32,000 nucleotides of DNA, from NCBI GenBank assembly GCA_016196885.1, contig JACPWU010000002.1, forward strand, positions 1 through 32,000, in the 5' to 3' direction. The notes under the pieces were generated by a model. That model was not told the origin of the DNA and did not search any database. It saw only the letters and a list, made by a program, of their open reading frames with translations. The DNA is from Chlamydiota bacterium. GTDB taxonomy: Bacteria > Auribacterota > JACPWU01. This document shows positions 24,404 through 31,433 of the stretch, in pieces (positions within the stretch are counted from its first letter, which is position 1; each line of letters starts with the position of its first letter). Position numbers and translations under genes: made by a program.

Positions 24404-24480
24404 CCCCTCCCTTGATGGGAGGGGTGAGGGGAGGGTGATCTTACATTCCCCCTCCCTGACCCTCCCCACAAGGGGGAGGG
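24404..24480. mobile_element. ORF-less (MITE-like or empty-site) copy of the DUF559 element ends (E4)
   Basis: Left half CCCCTCCCTTGATGGGAGGGGTGAGGGGAGGGTGA aligns with 9205-9240. Right half CCCCCTCCCTGACCCTCCCCACAAGGGGGAGGG aligns with 9569-9589 plus 9656-9667. Only 8 nt (TCTTACAT) separate the halves. Confidence 0.6.
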
Positions 24481-24535
24481 AAATGAGAGATAGAAGACTT
24501 TTCGGGTAGCCTGGAAGGATGACAGGTTGATCTCT

Positions 24536-26593
24536 ATGAAAATTGAAATTCGAAATCGCACAGTTTATGTAAATAATCAGGCCATCCCTCTTATCGGAGG
24601 CGAGGTTCATTATTGGCGCCTTCATCCTTCGGAGTGGGAGAAAATTCTCGATTCTGTGAAGGAATTAGGCCTCGAAATTATTTCCACCTATGTTCCTTGG
24701 GATTTTCACGAAACGGGACCCCGTCAATATGACTTTTTAGGTGAGACAGATGAAAGAAGAAATTTAAAAGCTTACTTAGAACTACTCGAGAAAAAAGGAT
24801 TTTGGATTTTACTTCGACCGGGGCCCTATATTTACAGTGAATGGAAAAATTTAGGCGTGCCGGACCGCGTGATTCAGCATCACCGAACCCATCCAGAATT
24901 TGTTCAAGAATCTAGGCATTATCTCAAGAGCCTTTTCGAAACGGTCAAACCTCATCTGGCCAGTCGTGGTGGGCGCATTATTCTTGTTCAGCCGGACAAT
25001 GAACTGGATCCCTTTCTTTACACTTATGAGGATCAGTTAGGTTTATGGCCCCAAAAAGGATCTGATAAAAATCTTGCCCCCTTTCAAGATTTTCTTAAGA
25101 AAAAATATCAGAATCTTTCTTCTTTGAATCGCTCTTGGGGGACCCATTTTAAGAATTTCAACGAAGCTCGTCCGACCTGTGATTTTCTTCATCTGGATTC
25201 TTTTCTTTGGAAAAGATTTTTGGATTTTAAAGAATTTATATATTACTGGGTCGAGAAAATGGGACAGCTTTGGCATGATGAATATCGTCAAATTGGTTTT
25301 GACGTTCCCCTCTATTTAAATCTCTATGGATTCCATGAAATTCAACCCTGGAAGGCTTTGGCTCAATGTGCCGATTTTTCAGCTCTGGATTTATATCCCT
25401 CTCAAGAATTCAAAAGCTCTGGCGACGAGCATCGCGATTTTTTGGAAAAGACAAGAGCCCTCAGAGTTGCAAGCAAAGTTCCTTTCATTGCTGAATTTCA
25501 ATCGGGAACCTGGCATGGCTATCATGAAACCAGTGGTCTCTTGAGTCCCAACCATTATCGCCTGAGTGCTGTGAGTGCTTGGTTGGGCGGAATCACAGGC
25601 TGGAGCTGGTACATGCTGGTCAACCGCGACAATTGGTATTTGTGTCCCATCGATGAAAGGGGGCAAATGAGGGAGGAGATTTGCTCTGTGTTTCGGGATC
25701 TGATTCGCGTTTTTAACGTTATCAAGCCGCATGCCTTAGAGAAAAAAACAAAAATAGGGGTCAGCTTTTTCCCTCTTCATTTTACCACTCGCTCTATTGC
25801 TCACAATGACCCGCTTCTCAAATCGCTTTATGAGGCCGACATCGATTATGATTTTGTAGATTTTGAAAATCAACCTTCTTCGAAATTCGTTTTTTATGCA
25901 GGCGCCTCCTGGCTCCCTCGATCTCTCCAGCAGAAAATGCTCCAATATGTGGAAGAGGGTGGCACGTTCATTTCTTTTCTTCAGCATCCTTGTCAGGACG
26001 AAAATTTAAAACCTCTGAATCTCCTAAAATTTCAAGAACCTTCCGCTATTCTCGGAGAAAGAGAAGGGCTCGGTTGTATCAAAAATTTAGAGCTTCTACT
26101 GGGAAAAGAAAAATTCCCTGTTCAAAGTCCCTTTTATGTTTATGAAAAAGTCCAAGGAGAGCCCATTTATGCTGCGGCTCCAGAATCTAAAAGCTTTGTC
26201 GGACAATGGAATTTGCTGCAAGGTCGACAATATAGTGTTGGCTATCGCCAAAGAAAAGGAAAAGGTGCGTTGATTCATCTCGGAGTTTCTCCAACTCCCG
26301 CTCTTCTGAAAGGCCTTCTCAAAAATTTAAAAATGATACCCTTTTGTCAATCCGACACGCCCCTCATTCAAACAGCCGCCTATGAAAGTCCCCAAGAGGA
26401 CTTTGTCTTTGTGACGCATTCAGGAAAAGAAAATAAATCAGTTCATCTCATCTTTCATTCCAAGAAAATGTCCTGCGCTGATGCCCAAGACCTTTTCTCC
26501 GGAGAAAAATTCCCCCTCTATTCAGAAGGCCCACAAATGTCCCTTCATTTCCCAATTGCGAGGAAGAGTGGGACGGTGTTGAGGTTGGTGTAG
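24536..26593 (+). CDS. glycoside hydrolase family 35 beta-galactosidase
   Basis: YVPWDFHETGPRQYDFLGETD...LLRPGPYIYSEWKNLGVP and VQPDNELD (acid/base Glu region) match GH35. No signal peptide seen. ATG at 24536 preferred over the track's TTG at 24527. Confidence 0.85.
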   Translation: MKIEIRNRTVYVNNQAIPLIGGEVHYWRLHPSEWEKILDSVKELGLEIISTYVPWDFHETGPRQYDFLGETDERRNLKAYLELLEKKGFWILLRPGPYIYSEWKNLGVPDRVIQHHRTHPEFVQESRHYLKSLFETVKPHLASRGGRIILVQPDNELDPFLYTYEDQLGLWPQKGSDKNLAPFQDFLKKKYQNLSSLNRSWGTHFKNFNEARPTCDFLHLDSFLWKRFLDFKEFIYYWVEKMGQLWHDEYRQIGFDVPLYLNLYGFHEIQPWKALAQCADFSALDLYPSQEFKSSGDEHRDFLEKTRALRVASKVPFIAEFQSGTWHGYHETSGLLSPNHYRLSAVSAWLGGITGWSWYMLVNRDNWYLCPIDERGQMREEICSVFRDLIRVFNVIKPHALEKKTKIGVSFFPLHFTTRSIAHNDPLLKSLYEADIDYDFVDFENQPSSKFVFYAGASWLPRSLQQKMLQYVEEGGTFISFLQHPCQDENLKPLNLLKFQEPSAILGEREGLGCIKNLELLLGKEKFPVQSPFYVYEKVQGEPIYAAAPESKSFVGQWNLLQGRQYSVGYRQRKGKGALIHLGVSPTPALLKGLLKNLKMIPFCQSDTPLIQTAAYESPQEDFVFVTHSGKENKSVHLIFHSKKMSCADAQDLFSGEKFPLYSEGPQMSLHFPIARKSGTVLRLV

Positions 26594-26632
26594 CTTTCAC
26601 GTAATTTAAAGCGGAAGTTAAGGGGACATCTA

Positions 26633-26893
26633 CTACCGCGGTCGGCCCTTGATCTGCCATTTAGGCAGCGGGCCTCCCTTGCTGAATTGGGGGGCAATGC
26701 AACGGGAGGGAGGCCCACTTACCTTTTGATATCTGGCTAATTTTTCTCTTTTTCGCTGACGCTCCATTCGCGGATTCGTTTGCCATCCACGATATTCAGA
26801 GCAGCGAATAAAAGTCCTGAGAACACAATCAAGTCTACCGGAATCATAAGTGCTCCTTTGTTCTGATTTCTTAATGAGCATGTACTGTGCCAA
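26633..26893 (-). pseudogene. possible relic of an IS4/IS5-type transposase C-terminus
   Basis: RLDCVLRTFIRCSEYRGWQTN loosely resembles the R-x-x-VE-R-x-F-x-x-L-K-x-F-R-x-I-x-T-RY motif of DDE_Tnp_1 transposases. No SD, TTG start, and the last 30 codons run through hairpins. Weak. Confidence 0.2.
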
Positions 26894-27020
26894 AAATTAG
26901 TAGAACGGATTTTATTTTCTTAACTTATTCATTCGCAATTGGATATGAATAATCATTTAAAGGGTTTTCCCCCTCTTGAAAAAAAGAGATGGTATTTGAG
27001 TGATCCAAAATGAATCATGT

Positions 27021-27049
27021 TTGACATAAAATAAGTCGCTTGATATAGT
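27021..27049 (+). promoter_or_regulatory. sigma-70-type promoter
   Basis: TTGACA (27021-27026), 17-nt spacer, TATAGT (27044-27049). It would give a very short leader before GAGGG and the ATG at 27069. Confidence 0.6.
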
Positions 27050-27068
27050 GACTGACGAGGGCATTCGC

Positions 27069-27308
27069 ATGAAGAGAAAGTCGCTTCTTTTAGGATTAGG
27101 TTTTGATCATCGTGATCGGCATTTGAGAGTCACACGGGGTGAGAATTTTCATTTGGTTGGAGGTTCCGAGAAGACGCATTCCAAAATGCAGGAGAAAGCC
27201 ATTTCTCTCAACGAAGAACTTTCCAAGCGCAAGAAGACCCTCGAAGACGTGAGCCGAGAGGAATTCATGGACATCGCTCGCGACATTGGGCTTGAAGAAA
27301 TGCATTAA
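27069..27308 (+). CDS. small conserved-looking hypothetical protein (79 aa)
   Basis: ATG at 27069 lies downstream of the near-consensus promoter and a GAGGG SD. MKRKSLLLGLGFDHRDRHLRVTRGENFHLVGGSEKTH... has protein-like composition. The track's upstream start falls inside the promoter. Confidence 0.6.
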   Translation: MKRKSLLLGLGFDHRDRHLRVTRGENFHLVGGSEKTHSKMQEKAISLNEELSKRKKTLEDVSREEFMDIARDIGLEEMH

Positions 27309-27399
27309 ACCCTAAATCCGCCGCTCTCTATTTCGCATTCTCCAGTTTTGCAAATGGCTTGAGTTTCTCTTGTTGAATGCCCCCCAGAAATTTTTCTAT

Positions 27400-28063
27400 T
27401 CACTTCATCAATTCCAAAATAACATGATAGGGGTCTTGGATACTTTTACATCTCTCGATGAATATTTGAGCATGTTTTCCCCAGCTCATGCAAAGGGCAG
27501 GGTTTTGAGTGTGAGTCTTGACGGATAAATCTTCCAGGTTCCCGTGATCGCTGACAATCAGAAATGTGGTAGATGAAAGATCAAGAGAAGATAAGGCGCT
27601 TTCTAAAAAGTCTTCTAAATGTTGAATGATTTTTTTGGATTGTTCCATGTTTTGTGCGTGCCCGGCGAAATCCGTTAAAAAATGTTCGAACATGAGAAAA
27701 TTGGATCCCGAGGAGGCTTGAGCCATGATTTTTCCTGCTTCAGAAGGTGTGAAGAGGGGGGCTTCAAAACCTTGGGCCCTAAAAACTTCGTTTGTGAGGT
27801 CATGGCAAATGGATTTACGTTCCTGAAGATCTTTTTGACGATGCAGGGGAATTTCGGCGGCCAAGGCGGTGACCGTAGAGCAAGAAATCTTTTTCAGTTT
27901 GTTTTGTTGTTGGGCCTCGAAAAAAGAAGGACGATAGGTATTGAGAAAATCTACTTTTTTCCCTCTTTCTTTAAGCTTCTTGAGAATGGGCGAAGGGATT
28001 AAACTGAACGTCCTTCTTCCCAATTCCAACGCCGTCAATGAAGAAGAGAATGATTTTGTTCAC
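27400..28063 (-). pseudogene. alkaline-phosphatase-superfamily metalloenzyme (iPGM/phosphopentomutase-like), frameshifted
   Basis: Frame A (28063-27971) encodes VNKIILFFIDGVGIGKKDVQFNPFAHSQEA*. Frame B (28038-27400) continues PILKKLKERG... to LIVSDHGN. The two join if one nucleotide is removed near the GCCC run around 27985. The span is 664 nt, which is 3n+1. Confidence 0.7.
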
Positions 28064-28069
28064 AAAGGT

Positions 28070-28097
28070 AGCGTACAGCACATAGCGTGGAGCGTAC
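28070..28097. repeat. Family H heptamer array (half copy H1)
   Basis: AGCGTAC AGCACAT AGCGTGG AGCGTAC followed by AAAAACAGAAG, similar to the left arm and loop start of H2 at 31196-31220. No clear inverted partner. Confidence 0.5.
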
Positions 28098-28125
28098 AGG
28101 AAAAACAGAAGAGATTACAAAATGT

Positions 28126-28154
28126 TTGCTTTTTAAAAGGACGCATGCTATATT
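28126..28154 (+). promoter_or_regulatory. candidate sigma-70 promoter of an orphan transcript
   Basis: TTGCTT (28126-28131), 17-nt spacer, TATATT (28149-28154). No annotated gene starts behind it before the terminator at 28331. Confidence 0.45.
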
Positions 28155-28160
28155 GAGCCC

Positions 28161-28366
28161 AGTTTTAATAAAGGATGTCATCATAAATGAAAGCAGTTCG
28201 GTTTTCCATTCAAGACATGACGAAAAAGCCTCGCGTGGGCGTACGCTCTGCCGTATGCCTTCATGCGTGTGGGCTTTTGCCGTCATGGCTTTTGAAGGGA
28301 GAATAAGACGCTGCTTGTAAAATAGATTCAAACTTTAAAGCCCATGATTGCAAAAGCGATCATGGG
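28161..28366 (+). ncRNA. candidate sRNA or cis-regulatory leader of about 205 nt, class unknown
   Basis: Bounded by the candidate promoter and a strong intrinsic terminator. Long-range stem CATGACGAAAAAGCC (28208-28222) with GGCTTTTGCCGTCATG (28262-28277). The only internal ORF is 39 codons with a poorly spaced SD. Confidence 0.35.
28331..28366 (+). terminator. rho-independent terminator
   Basis: GCCCATGAT-TGCAAAAGCG-ATCATGGGC followed by eight T. It ends 32 nt before the ATG of the next gene. Confidence 0.8.
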
Positions 28367-28398
28367 CTTTTTTTTCAATTTTCTAAAGGAGGTGGACC

Positions 28399-28614
28399 AT
28401 GAAAGGGGAAATTCAGCGTCAGGGTGAGAAGAAGAAGGTGAACGCTTGGGTGATTCATCCTGTGAAGCTCACAGCCCTCATGTATTTGAAAGAGGCGCTC
28501 TTGAAAGAGCGTTATGAAGAGTGCCACACCTTGATTCAAACAGCTGTGGAATTTGGTGCTTCGCCTTGGGAGATCAGGAATCTCTTGGAGGAACCGAGAA
28601 GGCCGGTGGGGTAA
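28399..28614 (+). CDS. small hypothetical protein (71 aa)
   Basis: Strong SD AAAGGAGG 6 nt before the ATG. Helical-looking product with LKEALLKERYEECHTLIQTAVEFGASPWEIRNLLEE. No family recognised. Confidence 0.65.
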   Translation: MKGEIQRQGEKKKVNAWVIHPVKLTALMYLKEALLKERYEECHTLIQTAVEFGASPWEIRNLLEEPRRPVG

Positions 28615-28700
28615 CATTGAATGTCCAATTCCCAATTTCCAATTGGACATTGAAGAATTGGAAATTAATTTGTCATTGGTTATGGATCATTGGGAATTTT
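28615..28700. repeat. Family C heptamer hairpin, copy C4
   Basis: AATGTCCAATT (28620-28630) pairs with AATTGGACATT (28641-28651). It is followed by ATTGGAAATTAATTTGTCATTGGTTATGGATCATTGGGAAT, near-identical to the C1 interior. Sits between convergent stops and contains the stop of the 121-aa gene. Confidence 0.75.
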
Positions 28701-29052
28701 TTCTGTCTTCATCGTAGATAATATTTTTTTCATCTGCGAAAGATAAAACCAGGTAAGGCCGCTGTTCTTGCTGAGGACTTTCAGGGTTCCAGTCCTCGGT
28801 AAGATTCGTAGGTTTGAGTAAAATTCCAGCATCCCCGCCATGAATGAGAATGGCTTGAGCGTCTCCTGAGTCTGTGATGCGTTGGGCGAAGGCAGATGCC
28901 GGTGAAGAAGGATTGCTCCATCCGGTGACATGGTAAAAAACTTCCTCACCTCTTTTCTCCAGAGGAATTTGCTTCACTTTCCGAGGAGGTGAGAGGTCTT
29001 GAAAAACAGCAGAGATTTCCTCTTCACCTATTTTGATGTAGAGCGTGATCAT
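28687..29052 (-). CDS. hypothetical protein (121 aa)
   Basis: ATG start and clean ORF in the same orientation as the upstream Rieske gene. No motif recognised. The last codons (NSQ*) lie inside repeat C4. Confidence 0.55.
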   Translation of the reverse strand: MITLYIKIGEEEISAVFQDLSPPRKVKQIPLEKRGEEVFYHVTGWSNPSSPASAFAQRITDSGDAQAILIHGGDAGILLKPTNLTEDWNPESPQQEQRPYLVLSFADEKNIIYDEDRKNSQ

Positions 29053-29089
29053 TCAGTTTTTTCTCTTTAATTTCTTAATGAAAATAACT

Positions 29090-29161
29090 GTGAGTTGTGA
29101 GGGGTGAGTTGTGAGTTTTGAAGGTATTTTTTTACTCACGACTCACCCCTCACTACCCACG
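29090..29161. repeat. Family A heptamer hairpin, copy A2
   Basis: GTGAGTT GTGAGGG GTGAGTT GTGAGTT, loop TTGAAGGTATTTTTTT, ACTCACG ACTCACC CCTCACT ACCCACG. 20-bp stem with one T-G pair. Confidence 0.85.
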
Positions 29162-29176
29162 ACGGGTTTATACGAA

Positions 29177-29485
29177 CTACGGTAACTCCACCCAGACTTC
29201 TTCTCCCTCAACTTTGACATTGTATTTCGCTTGAGAGATCGAAGGGCTGGTGGTGCATTCGCCTGTTGTGACATTGTATTGCCACCCATGCCAGGGGCAA
29301 ATGACTTCTTTTCCCTCTAAGCTTCCTTCGCCCAAGGGGCCGCCTCGGTGCTTGCACGTATTTTCAATGGCATAAAAACTCCCCTCAACGTTAAATAGAG
29401 CAATGGATTTTCCCTCTACCTCAAGAGCTGTTCCCGTTCCCTCTGGGATGTCTTTTTTTTGAGCAACTTTAATAAAGTTTCCCAT
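29177..29485 (-). CDS. Rieske [2Fe-2S] ferredoxin (NirD-like small Rieske protein)
   Basis: CKHRGGPL and CPWHGWQY cluster-binding boxes. The ATG at 29485 (MGNFIKV) lies 7 nt after AAGGAG. The track's longer N-terminus runs into repeat B2. Confidence 0.85.
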   Translation of the reverse strand: MGNFIKVAQKKDIPEGTGTALEVEGKSIALFNVEGSFYAIENTCKHRGGPLGEGSLEGKEVICPWHGWQYNVTTGECTTSPSISQAKYNVKVEGEEVWVELP

Positions 29486-29509
29486 GTTCATTCTCCTTTT
29501 ATCAAAAAT

Positions 29510-29605
29510 GGGGTCAAGGGTCATGGGTCAAGGGGCAAGTAAAAGAAAAAGTGCTTTTATCCCTGTGTTGGTTTTTTGACCCTTGACTCTTGCAGCTTGA
29601 CCCTT
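29510..29605. repeat. Family B heptamer hairpin, copy B2
   Basis: GGGTCAA GGGTCAT GGGTCAA GGGGCAA (29511-29538), 36-nt loop, TTGACCC TTGACTC TTGCAGC TTGACCC (29576-29603). Degenerate similar words continue to about 29650. Confidence 0.85.
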
Positions 29606-29827
29606 ACATTTCGACCCTGAAAGAATAACCCTTCAGCTTGGTCAAAGTCAATGTTCTCAAAATGAGGCCGATTTGATACAAAGTGGAGCGGAAAAGGGGG
29701 GCGCTCTGGAGCTTCAAAAAAGAGATTTTTTTCACAACTCCTTTTCTATTAAGAAGTTAATGATTTTTTATGAATTTGGCATGAAGCTTGCTCCTCTTAA
29801 GGCTAAAGAAGGGAGGAGGGGATTTTT

Positions 29828-30025
29828 ATGAAAAAGATTTTCTTGGTTATGGTGCTCATGGTCGGTTGTCTTTTGGGGAGTCAGGTTCCGGCATCGGCTC
29901 ATTCTTATTATTATCGCTCCCATGGATATCGGCCCTATTACACCTATCGTCCGGCTTATTACTATGGTTATTACCGTCCTTATTGTTACGACGACGGGGC
30001 GGTTGTTTATTACAGTGGGTGTTAA
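29828..30025 (+). CDS. secreted Tyr/Arg/Pro-rich mini-protein (65-aa precursor)
   Basis: SD GGGAGGAGGGG 7 nt before the ATG. Signal peptide MKKIFLVMVLMVGCLLGSQVPASA. The predicted mature 41 aa contain 16 Tyr with repeated YRP, and two Cys in the last 13 residues (one is the C-terminal residue). It has its own terminator. Confidence 0.65.
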   Translation: MKKIFLVMVLMVGCLLGSQVPASAHSYYYRSHGYRPYYTYRPAYYYGYYRPYCYDDGAVVYYSGC

Positions 30026-30052
30026 GCAAGAAAAGCTTTCAGCACTCAAGAG

Positions 30053-30090
30053 GCGCCTGGGATTTCGTTCAGAATCCCGGGCGCTTTTTT
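30053..30090 (+). terminator. rho-independent terminator
   Basis: GCGCCTGGGATT-TCGTTCAG-AATCCCGGGCGC (one T-G pair) followed by TTTTTT. Confidence 0.8.
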
Positions 30091-30163
30091 ATTCTTCCAT
30101 TGACCGGGGGATATTCATTTGATTAAATGACCCTGATCTATATCATAAATCATAAAGAGGCGT

Positions 30164-31189
30164 ATGTCTGTACCGATTCGTCAAGTTTTGAAGGTAGGTT
30201 CTTATGTTTTTCGCCAGCGCTTGAAAAAAAATAAGCGCTATCCTCTGGTCTTGATGTTGGAACCTCTTTTTCGTTGTAATCTCGCCTGCCCGGGCTGCGG
30301 TAAAATTCAATACCCGACAGACATTTTAAGAAGGCATCTTTCCCCTGAGCAATGTTTTAAGGCAGTGGAAGAATGTGGGGCGCCCGTGATTTCTGTTGCT
30401 GGAGGAGAGCCTTTACTGCATCCGCAAATTGAGGAAATTGTGAGTGGCCTGATTGGGCGCAAGAAATTTATTTATCTTTGTACCAATGCCATTTTGCTTG
30501 AAAGGAATTTACATAAATTTAAGCCGTCGGTTTATTTGACCTTGAGTATTCACATGGATGGCCTAGAAGAATTGCATGACAAGGCTGTGGATCGCCGAGG
30601 GGTTTTTAGAGAGGCCGTAGGTGCGATTCAAAAGGCGAAGGAGTTGGGGTTTCGCGTGACTACCAACACCACCGTTTTTGATGGGGTGAATCCTCAAGAG
30701 ATGATAGATCTTTTTGATGGTCTGACAGATTTAGGAGTAGACGGGATGATGGTGTCTCCCGGGTATGCGTATGAGAAAGCACCCGATCAAGAGCATTTTC
30801 TGAAGCGAAACAAGACGAAGACCCTTTTCTCCAAAATTTTAGGTGAGGATGGAAAGGGCAAAAAGAGGTGGAGATTTAATCATTCTCCTTTGTATCTGGA
30901 ATTTTTGACAGGGCAGCATGATTATGATTGTACCCCTTGGGGCAATCCCAATTACAGCGTCTTAGGGTGGCAGCGTCCTTGTTATCTGATGGCGGAAGGG
31001 GGGCATGTTGAAAGTTTTAAAGAGTTAATAGAGGGGACCGATTGGTCCGGCTATGGATGTAAAAGTGGCAACCCCAAATGCCAAGATTGTATGGTTCACT
31101 CCGGTTATGAGCCCACTGCGGTCAATGATTCCATGACCAGTGTTTCTAAAGCGCTGAAGTCTTTGGCGGGTGCTTTGGGGATTCGGTAA
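30164..31189 (+). CDS. hpnH: adenosylhopane synthase (hopanoid-associated radical SAM protein)
   Basis: [20 protein letters not shown] radical SAM motif, [49 protein letters not shown] and GWQRPCYLM all match HpnH as I recall it. About 340 aa. Confidence 0.9.
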   Translation: MSVPIRQVLKVGSYVFRQRLKKNKRYPLVLMLEPLFRCNLACPGCGKIQYPTDILRRHLSPEQCFKAVEECGAPVISVAGGEPLLHPQIEEIVSGLIGRKKFIYLCTNAILLERNLHKFKPSVYLTLSIHMDGLEELHDKAVDRRGVFREAVGAIQKAKELGFRVTTNTTVFDGVNPQEMIDLFDGLTDLGVDGMMVSPGYAYEKAPDQEHFLKRNKTKTLFSKILGEDGKGKKRWRFNHSPLYLEFLTGQHDYDCTPWGNPNYSVLGWQRPCYLMAEGGHVESFKELIEGTDWSGYGCKSGNPKCQDCMVHSGYEPTAVNDSMTSVSKALKSLAGALGIR

Positions 31190-31195
31190 AAGATG

Positions 31196-31260
31196 GCGTA
31201 CAGCGTGCAGAAAACAAACCTTCCTTTTTTACTGTCCGCTCCGCGCTGAACGCTATACGC
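31196..31260. repeat. Family H heptamer hairpin (H2)
   Basis: GCGTACA GCGTGCA G (31196-31210) pairs at 13 of 15 positions with CTGAACG CTATACGC (31246-31260). 35-nt loop. Begins 7 nt after the hpnH stop. Confidence 0.55.
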
Positions 31261-31433
31261 TTCTTTTCAACTTTTTCTCAAGAAAAACGCACAGTTTTGT
31301 ACGAAATTTGCATGAGAACCCTTCAAGCAAAATAAATTGTATTAAATTCAAAAATATTTTTTTACCTCTTCTATCTCAATCGTGTCTATCTCAATGGGTA
31401 GATGGTGTAACGAGCAAGCCTCAGGAGGCAGTG

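Noticed and set aside
24199-24625. Two minus-strand ORFs (120 and 85 aa) rich in Pro/Gly/Ser across the trmB-GH35 spacer.
   Set aside because: They read through the G/C-tract family E modules and overlap trmB and the GH35 gene on the opposite strand.
28035-28331. 98-aa minus-strand and 77-aa plus-strand (28087-28320) ORFs in the spacer upstream of the metalloenzyme gene.
   Set aside because: They overlap each other on opposite strands and have no SD. The minus-strand ORF is a third frame relative to the frameshifted gene. The region is better explained by the promoter, structured RNA and terminator.
29828-31189. Tyr-rich precursor peptide next to a radical SAM enzyme, which could be read as a RiPP biosynthetic pair.
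   Set aside because: The radical SAM protein matches the hopanoid enzyme HpnH along its whole length in the motifs I know. A strong intrinsic terminator (30053-30090) separates the two genes. The peptide also has a Sec-type signal peptide rather than a leader typical of rSAM-modified RiPPs.
130-31260. The many short repeats could be a CRISPR array or arrays.
   Set aside because: Within a locus the repeats are inverted, not direct. They are contiguous heptamers without spacers of regular length. The loci are scattered singly between genes, and no cas genes are present.
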